Of a DNA stretch of 64,000 nt, positions 17,135 to 27,079 are shown piece after piece. This stretch comes from Spirochaetales bacterium. Its GTDB lineage: Bacteria; Spirochaetota; Spirochaetia; DSM-27196; SLST01. Position numbers and translations under genes: made by a program. Each line of letters begins with the position of its first letter. Position 1 is the first letter of the stretch. Location of the stretch: contig JBKHII010000014.1 of the NCBI GenBank assembly GCA_046538735.1, positions 291-64,290 of the forward strand, given 5' to 3'. The notes under the pieces are model-generated. The model made no database searches. It was given only the letters and a program-made list of their open reading frames with translations, and was not told where the DNA came from.

Positions 17135-19069
17135 GTGCTTCCCAATACCATTCCCAAGCTCCTTCGCCACATCGCAGAGACGTATCCGAGTGGGACCGCG
17201 CAGTACATGAAACGCGACGGTGGTTTCGTCCCACGCTCCTACTCGGAGCTCCGGGACGAGGTCGCGGCGTTTGCGGCCGGGCTGGCAGATTTCGGCGTCG
17301 CGCGCGGCGCGCGCGTCGGTCTGGTTTCCGAGAACCGACCGGAGTGGCTTGTCGCCGACCTTGCCGTTCTCTCGCTCGGCGCGGCGGACGTTCCCAGGGG
17401 CAACGACAGTACCGCGGAGGAGCTCGCGTTCATACTCGGGGCGACGGCGTGCCGGACGGTCGTCGTGGAGAATCGCGATCAGCTTGCCAAAGTCGCCGGC
17501 GTGCGGGACCGTCTCCCGTCGCTCAAGCAGTTCATCGTCCTCGATCCGTCGTTCGGCGGTGACGACGCGGCTCACGCCGTGTCCGAGTACGGCTCGCTTC
17601 TTCGGAGGATCGGCGTCGTGCGCTACGAGGAGGTCGTCGCCGCCGGTCGCGACGTGCTCGCGAGGCGACCCGATTTCGTGGAGCACGAGATCGACGCCGG
17701 AGACGGCGAAGACGTGGCCACGATCATCTTTACGAGCGGAACAACCGGAGAGCCCAAGGGCGCGGTACTCACGCAACGCAACTTCATCTACGAGATCGGG
17801 TGTATTCCCGACCGCATCAACGTCACCCCCGGCGACATCTGGCTCTGCGTACTGCCGGTTTGGCACTCATTCGAGCGGATCATTCAGTACGTAGCCATCG
17901 GGAGCGCGTCGGCCTTGGCCTACTCGAAGCCGATCGGATCGATCATGTTGAGCGATCTCGCCGCGGTACGTCCGCAGTGGATGGCTTCCGTCCCTCGAAT
18001 CTGGGAAGCGGTCCGCGCGGGCGTCTATCGGAACGTGAAGCAACAGGGCGGGCTCAAGCTCGTGCTCTTCCGCTTCTTCGTGGCAGTGGGCGGCGCGCAC
18101 ACCGCGCTCACGGCGATGCTCCGCGGACTCGTGCCCGACTTCCGGCGACGTTCGCGCGCGACGGATGCCGCACTGGCGATCGTTCCGTGGCTGCTGCTCT
18201 GGCCGCTGCGCGCGCTCGGCAATCTCCTCGTCTTCGGGAAGATCCGGGCGAAGCTCGGCGGACGGTTCATTGCGGGCGTTTCCGGCGGCGGTGCGTTGCC
18301 GGCTTCGGTCGACCGGTTCTTCGGCGCCGCCGGAATCCTGCTGCTCGAAGGCTACGGACTGACCGAGACGAGTCCGGTGATCGCCGTGCGCCGGCAGGAT
18401 CGTCCGGTTCCCGGGACCGTGGGCGACCCACTCCCGGAGACGGAATGCCGGATCGTCGGCGAGGACGGGACGGTTCTGCCGGCCGGGCAGATGGGAGTCA
18501 TCCACGTTCGTGGTCCGCAGGTCATGCGCGGGTACTACGAGCGGCCGGAGGCGACTGCGGCGATCGTGGACGAAGACGGCTGGCTTAATACGGGCGACTT
18601 GGGCATGTTCAGCCACCGGGGCGAGCTGAAGATCACCGGCCGTGCGAAGGACACGATCGTCCTTCTCGGTGGCGAGAACATTGAGCCGGTCCCGATCGAG
18701 CAGAAGATCACCGAGAGCGAGTACATCGATACGGCCGTCGTCGTGGGCCAGGATCAGAAGTATCTGGGCGCGCTCGTGCTGCCGAACCGGGAGGCGATCG
18801 AAGGCTACGCGGACGTGAACCACGTGCCGTACGAGTCGTACGAAGACCTGCTCGAGAACGAGGCGATCCTGGAGCTCGTGGACGGGGAAATCAACAGCCG
18901 CGTCAACGCGAAGAACGGTTTCAAGGGATTCGAGCGCGTCTTCCGATTCGCGCTCCTCCCGACCTTGTTCGAGGTCGGGCTCGAGCTCTCGGCGAAGCAG
19001 GAGGTCAAGCGTCACGTAGTTGCCGATCGCTATGCGAAGGAGATCAAGAGCTTGTTTTCGATGGAGTAA
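17135..19069 (+). CDS. Long-chain fatty acid-CoA ligase (AMP-forming)
   Basis: AMP-binding signature IIFTSGTTGEPKG, plus YGLTET and GWLNTGD motifs. GTG start preceded by AGAGGAGG. Confidence 0.9.
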   Translation: MLPNTIPKLLRHIAETYPSGTAQYMKRDGGFVPRSYSELRDEVAAFAAGLADFGVARGARVGLVSENRPEWLVADLAVLSLGAADVPRGNDSTAEELAFILGATACRTVVVENRDQLAKVAGVRDRLPSLKQFIVLDPSFGGDDAAHAVSEYGSLLRRIGVVRYEEVVAAGRDVLARRPDFVEHEIDAGDGEDVATIIFTSGTTGEPKGAVLTQRNFIYEIGCIPDRINVTPGDIWLCVLPVWHSFERIIQYVAIGSASALAYSKPIGSIMLSDLAAVRPQWMASVPRIWEAVRAGVYRNVKQQGGLKLVLFRFFVAVGGAHTALTAMLRGLVPDFRRRSRATDAALAIVPWLLLWPLRALGNLLVFGKIRAKLGGRFIAGVSGGGALPASVDRFFGAAGILLLEGYGLTETSPVIAVRRQDRPVPGTVGDPLPETECRIVGEDGTVLPAGQMGVIHVRGPQVMRGYYERPEATAAIVDEDGWLNTGDLGMFSHRGELKITGRAKDTIVLLGGENIEPVPIEQKITESEYIDTAVVVGQDQKYLGALVLPNREAIEGYADVNHVPYESYEDLLENEAILELVDGEINSRVNAKNGFKGFERVFRFALLPTLFEVGLELSAKQEVKRHVVADRYAKEIKSLFSME

Positions 19070-19089
19070 GGTCGACGGTTACTCGCGCG

Positions 19090-19608
19090 CTACCATCGGT
19101 CGAAGCGCACGATGTCGGTGAGGGCGAGCCGCTTCTTCCTGGTCGCGGCGAGATCGTCGTCCCGCGCGGGAAACCCGATCGGCAGCAGCTCCACGATTTC
19201 GATCTCGTGGGGGATCCCGAGCGCCGTCCGAACCGTGTCTGCGCTGAACCCGCCGATCCAGCACGTTCCCAGGCCTTCCTCGACCGCGGCCAGCGTGATG
19301 TGATCGAGCGCGATCGCCACGTCGATCACGTAGGCAGGCTGGCCGCAGCGCATCAGGCGCTTATCGGTCTCCGCGCAGGCAACGATCACGACCGGAGCCG
19401 ATCCAACGAACTCGGCACCGGCCGCCTCGGCGAGTCGCGCGCGGAGCGCGGCGTCGCGCACGACGATGAAGCGCCACTCCTGCTCGTTCCTCGCCGACGG
19501 CGCGAGCCTCGCAGCGTCCATCACGCGGTCGAGTATCTCCTGCGGGATGTCTTGCGCCTTGAACGCGCGGACGCTCTTGCGGGACTCGATCGCCTCTCGC
19601 ACCGTCAT
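19090..19608 (-). CDS. Nitroreductase-family protein
   Basis: RKSVRAF near the N-terminus, PSARNEQEW, and a C-terminal layout typical of the NfnB/NfsA-like fold. Start is either the ATG at 19608 or the GTG at 19623. Confidence 0.8.
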   Translation of the reverse strand: MTVREAIESRKSVRAFKAQDIPQEILDRVMDAARLAPSARNEQEWRFIVVRDAALRARLAEAAGAEFVGSAPVVIVACAETDKRLMRCGQPAYVIDVAIALDHITLAAVEEGLGTCWIGGFSADTVRTALGIPHEIEIVELLPIGFPARDDDLAATRKKRLALTDIVRFDRW

Positions 19609-19650
19609 GGGGCAATCGTACACGATGGAACGTGACCGCGCAAACCGGAC

Positions 19651-20133
19651 TCAGTGTTGCGGCGAGTCGGGTGTGTGCACGTGGCCGTGCTCGAGCTCTT
19701 CGCCGCTGGCTTCCCGGACGTCGTTGACCGTGACGTCGAAGTGGAGCGTCTGACCGGCGAGCGGGTGGTTCGCATCCAGCTTGACTTCTTCGTCGTCGAC
19801 ATCGACCAGCGTAACGACCTGCTGATTCCCTTCCTTGTCCTGCGCGGCGAACTGCATCCCGACTTCAAGGTCGCCGTCCGGCATGCTCGAGCGGGGAACC
19901 GTGAAGACGAGCTGATCGTGGCGCTCGCCGTATCCCTTCTCCGGCTGGACGGTCGTCTCGACCGTGTCTCCCACGTCCTTTCCTTCAAGCGCGTCCTCAA
20001 GCCCTTCCACGATGTTGCTGTGTCCGTGAAGGTAGGCGAGGTCGCCGTGGTTCTCCGACGAGTCGATCACATTGCCGTTGGGGTCCTTGAGCGTATAGGC
20101 GATGGTTACAACCCGATCATGTGCTACTTCCAT
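19651..20133 (-). CDS. slyD: FKBP-type peptidyl-prolyl isomerase SlyD
   Basis: VVTIAYTLKD...YLHGHSNIVEGLEDALEGK...NHPLAGQTLHFDVTV, followed by a His-rich tail HGHVHTPDSPQH. AAGGAG RBS. Confidence 0.85.
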   Translation of the reverse strand: MEVAHDRVVTIAYTLKDPNGNVIDSSENHGDLAYLHGHSNIVEGLEDALEGKDVGDTVETTVQPEKGYGERHDQLVFTVPRSSMPDGDLEVGMQFAAQDKEGNQQVVTLVDVDDEEVKLDANHPLAGQTLHFDVTVNDVREASGEELEHGHVHTPDSPQH

Positions 20134-20201
20134 GAGAACTCCTTACCCACAACCTACTAGCTCCTTCTCCGAGGAACAAGGCGAACCCGCACACGCTTTC
20201 T

Positions 20202-23200
20202 TTGGCCTTGGCCCGTACTTCTGCATACGTTTGTGGTAGGAGGTGCTTCGTCAACGGAATCGAACCCCTACGAAGGGATCAGCGACTCTCATTGCGACGA
20301 ACACTCTGGATCGTCCCCGTGATCCTCAGCGTCTTCGCGCTGTCCGGGCTCTACGTCGCGCGCTGGGCAATCGTCGGCGGCCTTGCGCGGCGGGTTATCG
20401 AGCGCTCGATAGAACAGATGGTCGGCAACGACCTGGATATCAGCGTCGGCTCGATTGAAGGGACGATCGTGCGAGATATACGCGTTCGCGATGTGACGAC
20501 CGAGCGCCCGGCTCGAGGCGGGCCGATCCGCTCGATCGCGGTGGCGGACGCGCACGTGACCTATCATCTCGCGGACGTATTCACGGTTCTCGCCGCGGTG
20601 GGCGTGCCGGTGCTCCGTGACATGCCGGCCTTCGAGTCGGAACGAACGCGAGAACGTCTCGGATGGCTCTCCGAGTCCCCCGTCGATCCGGCGGCGGTTA
20701 CCCATCATCTCGCCGGAGCGCTGCCGCTCGAGATCACCCTCGCAGCCGAGGGAAGCGTCCGCCTCGCCCTCGAGCCGGCAGGCTCAACGACAAGGCCCGG
20801 CAGTACCCAACCGACCTTCGTTGCGTTCGCCCTGCGCGCGGCGGCTTCCGAATCCGAGGATCCGCTGGTGACGATCGCGCTCTCCGAGATCTCTTCGCCG
20901 TGGTGGCCGACCGACGAAGAGCGCGCGCTGCGAATCGATCTCGATGCCTCGCCCGGACGGCTTGCGCTTCGTACGCCGGCGGATGGCAGGAGCGAGGGCG
21001 TATCGCTGAGCGCGACGCTCGAAAGCACGATGCACGAAGGCCGGCCGACGATCGTGGCTTCGGATGCAGGGCTCAACGTGGGGCCGCTCGGCGTGCTGGT
21101 CGTCGCGGGAGACTCCTCGGCGGAGCTCTCGATCAGAATCCCGAGCTTTGAAGGCGTGCGAAGGATCGTCGGGAGATTCGTCGACCTCCCACCCGTCGTC
21201 CCGGGAGAGCTCTCCGTGTCTGCGAGGGCGGAGCGACGGGTCGACGATCGCGCGCCGGGCGACCTCCGTCCGCTCGCGGACGTGCTCCTCTCCGCGCCGG
21301 GGGATCTCCTCGATCTCGCTCGTCTTCGGCTGGAGGCCGACGCTGCCGACTGGAGGCTGTGGGCGGTCGATCTGGACAGGGCGCGTGCGGATGTTGCGTG
21401 GGAGGCAGGAGAGCTCACGATCGGTGATCTGTCGCTCGCGAGCGGTGCGACCGAGCTCGCGGTCGCCGGACGTGCGCCCGTTCCGCTCGCTACGCGTGAC
21501 GCCGAAGCCCCGGCGGCGGTTCCGTCCGGCGGGGTGACCGGATCCATAGGCGGCACGTTCGTCGCCCGCGATCCTCCCGCAGTCCTGGCGACGCTTGTGC
21601 GACTCGGCGTGATCTCCCCGCTGCCCGCAGGCTTCGCTCCGGGCAGGCGCGTTGAGGCGAGCTTCGAGCTGAGCGGGGACGCGGCGCGCCCGCGGATCGC
21701 GGCGAACGCGGAGGTCGAGGGGGCCACGGTCGCAGGGTACGATGTGGACTCCGCTCGGGTACGGGCGCAGCTGGTCGGAGACGAGGTGCGGGTGCCCTCG
21801 TTCGTGATCTCGGCCGGCGAGACTACGGTGCGGGCGACCGCGACGGTGCAGCGGGAGGGGCCGTCTCCAGCGCGGTACGAGGCGCGCGCAAGCGCGACCG
21901 GCCTGGAGGCGAAGACCGGAGTCGTGCGGGACGCGACCCTGTCGGTGAGCGGCGACGCATCGTCCGTGACGGTAGGCGAGATCACGACGGCGCTCGAGCT
22001 CGACAACCTCCGTGACGCGGTATCCGTCCGACTCGTCCGACCGTTCGATCTGGAGTGGGATACCGACGGTATCACCGTGAGCGAGCTCGTGCTCACGACC
22101 GATCTCGGCGAGATCACCGGGCGCGGCAGCCTCTCAGGCGGCGAGGTCGACGCCGAGGTCGTCGCCGAGGGAGTCCCCCTCGCCGCTGCGCTGCGGCTGA
22201 CCGGCTCGGGCGTGGACGCCCGGACGGCGAACGGGACGATCTCACTCCGCGCTCGCGTTGAAGGTTCGCCCGATGCTCCGGAGTTCCGACTCGCGCTCGA
22301 TGGTGAATCGCTTGCTCTCGAGGGCAGTCCGGTCGCGGCTCGCCTCGCGATCGCTCAGTCGGACGGCGTGCTGCGGGTGGATGAGCTCCGCGTGAACGCG
22401 GCGGAGTACGGCCGGATCTCGGGTGTAGGCACGCTGCCGATCTCGGTAACCCGGAGCGGGATCGAGGTGACGCAAAGCGGAGACGATCGCTTCGTCGTGA
22501 GCGCCGAGGCGGCCCGGCTGTTCGCGCTGCTTCCAATCGGCGGGTCGTCGCCGTGGGATCGGCCGCCATGGAGCGAGGCGGCGGTTGACCTGACGGCCCG
22601 GCTCGAGGGGAACCGCGTCGCCGGACAGGTCGCGATCTCCGGACTACGCTCGGACGCCGAGCTCACGATTGCCGGAATCGAACCGATCACCGAGATCGGC
22701 TTGGACGCCGCCGTCTCACTCGAGGATGACGGCCGCGTGGGGCTCGAGGCGACGATGGCCTCGGGCGAGCACGAGCTGGCGAGCGCGACCGGCACTCTCG
22801 GCGGTGAGCGTGCGGGCCTTGCCGCCGAGATCGATCTTCCGCTCGCGCGCCTGTCGCACCTCGTTCCAGAGGTGTCGCTTCTCGGGGGGCGTGCGACGGG
22901 ATCCTTCGATCTCAACCGGGACGGCGCGAACGATTCGGCGTTCACGGGCGAGGTGGTCGTGGAGGAAGGACTCGTGAAGGTATCGCCCACGGTTCCAACG
23001 CTCTCTTCAGTGAACGCGCGTGCGACCTACGCCGACGGCGCCTTCGTAATCGAAGAGGTGTCCGCGCTGATGGGAGGGGCACCGGTGACCGCGAGCGGCC
23101 GATACGGCCCGGACGAGTCCGGGGACTCAACGTTCGAGGTGAGCGTAACGGGCGAGAGTGTCCTGCTCGCCCGCTCACCCGATCTCCGGGCCCGAGCGGA

Positions 23201-24029
23201 CGTGGACGCGACCTGGCGATCGAGCGAGGCGTCGACCTCGGTCAACGGATCCGCCGTCGTTACGGACGTGCTCTACACGAGACCCGTAGAGCTCTTCTCG
23301 CTCGGTACGGGCGCTGCGTCGCCGAACCAGGAGTTCACGTTGTTCCAGATCGAGTCCGATTGGGCGCGATCGGTCGATCTGAATCTGCGAGTCACGGCAG
23401 ACCGATCGATCGTCGTGCGCAACAACTTGTACGACGGGACGCTCTCCGCGGATCTGACGCTCGGCGGCACCGCCGCCGTGCCTCGACCGCAGGGCAGGCT
23501 CTTCGCGAGCTCGGGCACGATCATGTTTCCAACAGCCGAGCTCGCCGTGGAGCAACTCGAGGTGCTCTTTCCCTCGGACGTATCGTTCGCGCCCGAGCTG
23601 CGGCTTCAGGCGGTCACGGACGTGCAGGGGTTCGAGATGGCAGTGACGGTTGACGGCCAGATCCCGGGCGTGCAGGTCTCGATCGTCTCGTCTCCGCCGC
23701 TTCCGACCGACGAGGCGCTGCTCCTGCTCACGACGGGCAGGCGGGTCGAAGACCTTACGTTCTCCGGTGAGGTGTCGGACACGCTGACCGCGGTGGGAAC
23801 GGTCGTGGGCAGGAGCTTCGTCACCACGCTCTCGCGCTCGCTCGAGGAGGAGGAAGGCTTCTTTGAGCGGCTCGAGTTCGAAGTCAAGCGGAGTCGGTCG
23901 AGCGGGCTCATCGGCGATATCGACGTGGAGTATCAGCTGACCGAGGACGCTCCGTGGTATCTCCTCTTCGATCGGCAGGAGGATGAGACGTATCGTGTTC
24001 AGGTGGCGTGGAGACTATGGGTAGACTGA
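20202..24029 (+). CDS. tamB: Translocation and assembly module protein TamB-like (DUF490)
   Basis: 1275 aa with a single N-terminal TM anchor (LWIVPVILSVFALSGLYVA). The body is long, beta-rich, repetitive and Ala/Val/Gly/Asp-rich. The C-terminal DUF490-like end is DVEYQLTEDAPWYLLFDRQ. Start is uncertain (TTG at 20202 or TTG at 20292). Confidence 0.7.
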   Translation: MALARTSAYVCGRRCFVNGIEPLRRDQRLSLRRTLWIVPVILSVFALSGLYVARWAIVGGLARRVIERSIEQMVGNDLDISVGSIEGTIVRDIRVRDVTTERPARGGPIRSIAVADAHVTYHLADVFTVLAAVGVPVLRDMPAFESERTRERLGWLSESPVDPAAVTHHLAGALPLEITLAAEGSVRLALEPAGSTTRPGSTQPTFVAFALRAAASESEDPLVTIALSEISSPWWPTDEERALRIDLDASPGRLALRTPADGRSEGVSLSATLESTMHEGRPTIVASDAGLNVGPLGVLVVAGDSSAELSIRIPSFEGVRRIVGRFVDLPPVVPGELSVSARAERRVDDRAPGDLRPLADVLLSAPGDLLDLARLRLEADAADWRLWAVDLDRARADVAWEAGELTIGDLSLASGATELAVAGRAPVPLATRDAEAPAAVPSGGVTGSIGGTFVARDPPAVLATLVRLGVISPLPAGFAPGRRVEASFELSGDAARPRIAANAEVEGATVAGYDVDSARVRAQLVGDEVRVPSFVISAGETTVRATATVQREGPSPARYEARASATGLEAKTGVVRDATLSVSGDASSVTVGEITTALELDNLRDAVSVRLVRPFDLEWDTDGITVSELVLTTDLGEITGRGSLSGGEVDAEVVAEGVPLAAALRLTGSGVDARTANGTISLRARVEGSPDAPEFRLALDGESLALEGSPVAARLAIAQSDGVLRVDELRVNAAEYGRISGVGTLPISVTRSGIEVTQSGDDRFVVSAEAARLFALLPIGGSSPWDRPPWSEAAVDLTARLEGNRVAGQVAISGLRSDAELTIAGIEPITEIGLDAAVSLEDDGRVGLEATMASGEHELASATGTLGGERAGLAAEIDLPLARLSHLVPEVSLLGGRATGSFDLNRDGANDSAFTGEVVVEEGLVKVSPTVPTLSSVNARATYADGAFVIEEVSALMGGAPVTASGRYGPDESGDSTFEVSVTGESVLLARSPDLRARADVDATWRSSEASTSVNGSAVVTDVLYTRPVELFSLGTGAASPNQEFTLFQIESDWARSVDLNLRVTADRSIVVRNNLYDGTLSADLTLGGTAAVPRPQGRLFASSGTIMFPTAELAVEQLEVLFPSDVSFAPELRLQAVTDVQGFEMAVTVDGQIPGVQVSIVSSPPLPTDEALLLLTTGRRVEDLTFSGEVSDTLTAVGTVVGRSFVTTLSRSLEEEEGFFERLEFEVKRSRSSGLIGDIDVEYQLTEDAPWYLLFDRQEDETYRVQVAWRLWVD

Positions 24030-26164
24030 GCTTTCTGTCGCTCGTCGCGTATTTTCTCGTCGTGCCGTCGGTCCTGGCTCAAGACGCAGGGGAACGTGAC
24101 GGAGCACCGCTCGACACGACTCCGGACGCTCCGACCGGCGGGCCGGCGATTGTCTTTGACGGGAACGATACTTTCACCGACGACGTGCTGCTCGGTGCCG
24201 CCGCACGCGAGCTCCGCGGCATTCGCCGCGGCGAGGGTAGTCCGGCGGATCTCGTGGACGCCGCGTACACGATCGAGACGTGGTACGCCGACCAGGGGTT
24301 CCCGGATGCGAACGTACGAGTTCGGATGGTCAACGAGCTTCCCGGCGCTCCCGACCAGACGGTTGCCGATGTCGACGACTTTGGCATGGTCGACCGCGTC
24401 GATTTTCTCGTCGCCGAGGGGCAGCGGCTCTACCTCGGACGAGTCGAGTTCGAGGGAAACAACGCCTTCGCAGACGCGGTGCTCGAGCAGTACGTGCCGC
24501 GGCGGGGCGGCGCGATTCTCGGCGCCGGCCGGCCGCTCTTCCGGCCGGGCGACGTGGGGACGATCACCGACAACGTCAGGCTGCACTATCTCCTTGCCGG
24601 TTATCTCCGTGTTCGCCTGGAGGAACCGCGAACGACTCGCGACGGAAACCAGGTGAACGTGACGATCACGATCGAGGAGGGACGACTCTACACGATCGAG
24701 ACGATACGGATCGAGGGGATCGACGAGCTGTCCGAGTCGCTCGCGCAGGAGGTCGGCCGGGCGGCCCCGGAAACCGGCGTGCCGTATACCGAGCGGAGAG
24801 CCTCCGACGGAGCGAACGCAATCGAGCGTCTACTCGGACAACACGGGTATCTTACCGATGTCCGATACGAGCTCGTTCCGGACGACGAGGAGGCTACCGT
24901 CGCCGTTCGGTATCGCTTTGATCCGGGCGATCGGGCCTACCTCGGTTCGATCAGGGTCGAGGCCGCCGGAGACGAGCCTCTGCGGGTCATGCCGGCGATC
25001 GTGAGGCACCGGTTTCCGCTCGCTCCGGGCGAGCCGATCGATCTCACTCTTGTGAACGAAGGGCGGCAGCGGCTCTACCAGACCGGGCTCTTTCGCGTTG
25101 TCTCCACCGAGCTGCGGGAAGCGGGAGGCGACGATGCGTCGGCCGAGACGACCCCGGACGGTCGAGTCGTCGATCTCGTCGTGACGCTCGAGGAGGATCG
25201 AAACCGATACGTGGAGCTGGCCGCCGGGTGGAGCAGCGTTGAGCAGATACTGGGATCGATCGAGTACGTAGACCGCAACGTGCTCGGAACCGGGCGGCTG
25301 TGGGGTGTTGAGGCGTCCGGAAGCCTCCGGGGATATCGCTTCTCGACTCGTGTGGTGGATCGGATCGTGCTTGGCCTGGGCAGTCTGCTCTCCTTCCGCA
25401 TCGAGCATGCGTATCGGATTCGCGAGGCGTTCCGCGATCGATCAACCGCGGCGGATCTGCGCGCGGAGATTCGACTCGCGGAGGAGCTCCGCGTGGCTGC
25501 CGACTACCAGTTTTCTATCTCGAACATCGTGGACCTGTCGGACGACGGGGGAGGCGAGAGCACGCTCCGGCGAGTGAGCACGCTCGCCGGTATCCTCTCA
25601 TGGAACACCGTGGACGATCCGCTGCTCCCGATGCACGGCAGCGTCGCGGAGCTCGGCACGGAGATCACCGGTTCCATCCTGGGCTCGCAACTCGACTACG
25701 TTCGGGCCGATCTCTCGCTCGCGCGTCACTTCGTCCGCGGAACGGAGATCACGCTCACCCTGGCGGCACGGGGAACCGCGATTCTGCCGTTCGGTGTGGC
25801 GGAGATACCGATCTCCGAGCGGCTCTACGCGGGCGGCACCGACTCGGTACGCTCCTTTCCGCTCGATCAGCTTAGCCCGACCGACGCGAGCGGCAACCCG
25901 GTCGGCGGTCTGACGCGGATCGAAGCCACCGCGGAGGCGCGCCTGGGACTGAGCGAGTCGCTGTTCGCGGCGTTCTTCTACGACGTGGGAATGGTCGCTG
26001 CCGACGCGCTCTCGCTTGCGACGCCCGGTCACGGAATCGGGCTCGGCGTCCGGTACCGGCTGCCGGTGGGACCGGTTCGCCTGGACGTCGCGGTGAATCC
26101 CGGTCCTACCTTCGCCGCCGAGGCACCGTGGGCGTTCCACTTTTCGATCGGCGCAGGATTCTAG
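24017..26164 (+). CDS. Omp85-family outer membrane protein (BamA/TamA-like) with POTRA repeats
   Basis: Signal peptide ending VLAQD, POTRA-like repeats, and a C-terminal beta-barrel ending in the beta-signal FHFSIGAGF. Its start overlaps the tamB stop. Confidence 0.85.
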   Translation: MGRLSFLSLVAYFLVVPSVLAQDAGERDGAPLDTTPDAPTGGPAIVFDGNDTFTDDVLLGAAARELRGIRRGEGSPADLVDAAYTIETWYADQGFPDANVRVRMVNELPGAPDQTVADVDDFGMVDRVDFLVAEGQRLYLGRVEFEGNNAFADAVLEQYVPRRGGAILGAGRPLFRPGDVGTITDNVRLHYLLAGYLRVRLEEPRTTRDGNQVNVTITIEEGRLYTIETIRIEGIDELSESLAQEVGRAAPETGVPYTERRASDGANAIERLLGQHGYLTDVRYELVPDDEEATVAVRYRFDPGDRAYLGSIRVEAAGDEPLRVMPAIVRHRFPLAPGEPIDLTLVNEGRQRLYQTGLFRVVSTELREAGGDDASAETTPDGRVVDLVVTLEEDRNRYVELAAGWSSVEQILGSIEYVDRNVLGTGRLWGVEASGSLRGYRFSTRVVDRIVLGLGSLLSFRIEHAYRIREAFRDRSTAADLRAEIRLAEELRVAADYQFSISNIVDLSDDGGGESTLRRVSTLAGILSWNTVDDPLLPMHGSVAELGTEITGSILGSQLDYVRADLSLARHFVRGTEITLTLAARGTAILPFGVAEIPISERLYAGGTDSVRSFPLDQLSPTDASGNPVGGLTRIEATAEARLGLSESLFAAFFYDVGMVAADALSLATPGHGIGLGVRYRLPVGPVRLDVAVNPGPTFAAEAPWAFHFSIGAGF

Positions 26165-26175
26165 GGGGGTACGCG

Positions 26176-27033
26176 ATGAAGCGAACGCTACGGCCGATCG
26201 TCGACCTGATCTCAGAGATAGTCCGCCGTTTCCAGGATCACAGGTGCGTCACGCTCGCGGCGAGTGTCGCGTATTTCTCGATCGTATCGCTCGCGCCGAT
26301 GCTCGTGATCGTACTGAACGTGAGCTCGGTGCTCGTTGAGCCGTCCGTCGGCGAGGAGCGACTGATGGCGCAGGTTGCCGACGTGGTGGGCCGGGAGGGG
26401 GCCGCGACGATCCGCAGCATGATCCGCAGCGCGCAGGTTGCCGAGCGATCGCCCGCGATGACGGTCGTGGGGATCGTCACGCTCGTATTCGGCGCCTCCA
26501 CGCTCTTCGCGAAGCTCGGGGAGGCGCTCAGCGTCGTCTTCGCCGCGGCCCGGCCGAGACCGCGGGGCGCGCTCGCGCGGACCGTGCGAAGCCGTTTGCT
26601 ATCGCTCACCGTGGTGATCGGGATCGGCTTTCTCCTCGTGGTGTCGCTGATCGTGGATACGGCAATCGTCTCGCTCTTCGACCGGATTACGGTCTTCCTC
26701 GAGCGGCGGTTGGCCGTGGGGCTGGCGTTACTCGAGTTCGCCTTCTCCACCTCCTTCACCGCCGCGCTCTTCGCCACGGTGCTCAAGGTCATGCCCGAAG
26801 GTCATGTTCCATGGCGATACGCGCTCGAGGGCGGGCTCGTGACCGCTCTCTTCTTCACCGCCACCAAGGTCGGCTTTGGTCTGCTGCTCGGCAATCAGAG
26901 CGTGGCCTCGAGCTACGGCGCGGCGGGGGCGGTCGTCGTGGTGCTGCTGTGGGTGTTCGTCGCGGCGGTCGTGCTGCTGCTCGGGGCCGAGCTCGCATCC
27001 GTGCGAATGGAGCGAACGGACGCGGAGGCATGA
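26176..27033 (+). CDS. YihY/BrkB-family membrane protein
   Basis: LAASVAYFSIVSLAPM motif and 6 TM segments. The ATG at 26176 is preferred over the ORF start at 26128. Confidence 0.8.
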   Translation: MKRTLRPIVDLISEIVRRFQDHRCVTLAASVAYFSIVSLAPMLVIVLNVSSVLVEPSVGEERLMAQVADVVGREGAATIRSMIRSAQVAERSPAMTVVGIVTLVFGASTLFAKLGEALSVVFAAARPRPRGALARTVRSRLLSLTVVIGIGFLLVVSLIVDTAIVSLFDRITVFLERRLAVGLALLEFAFSTSFTAALFATVLKVMPEGHVPWRYALEGGLVTALFFTATKVGFGLLLGNQSVASSYGAAGAVVVVLLWVFVAAVVLLLGAELASVRMERTDAEA

Positions 27034-27079
27034 CGCGCCGTTCGCGCCGGACCGCCGTCCGGCGCGACGTCATCGCGAC

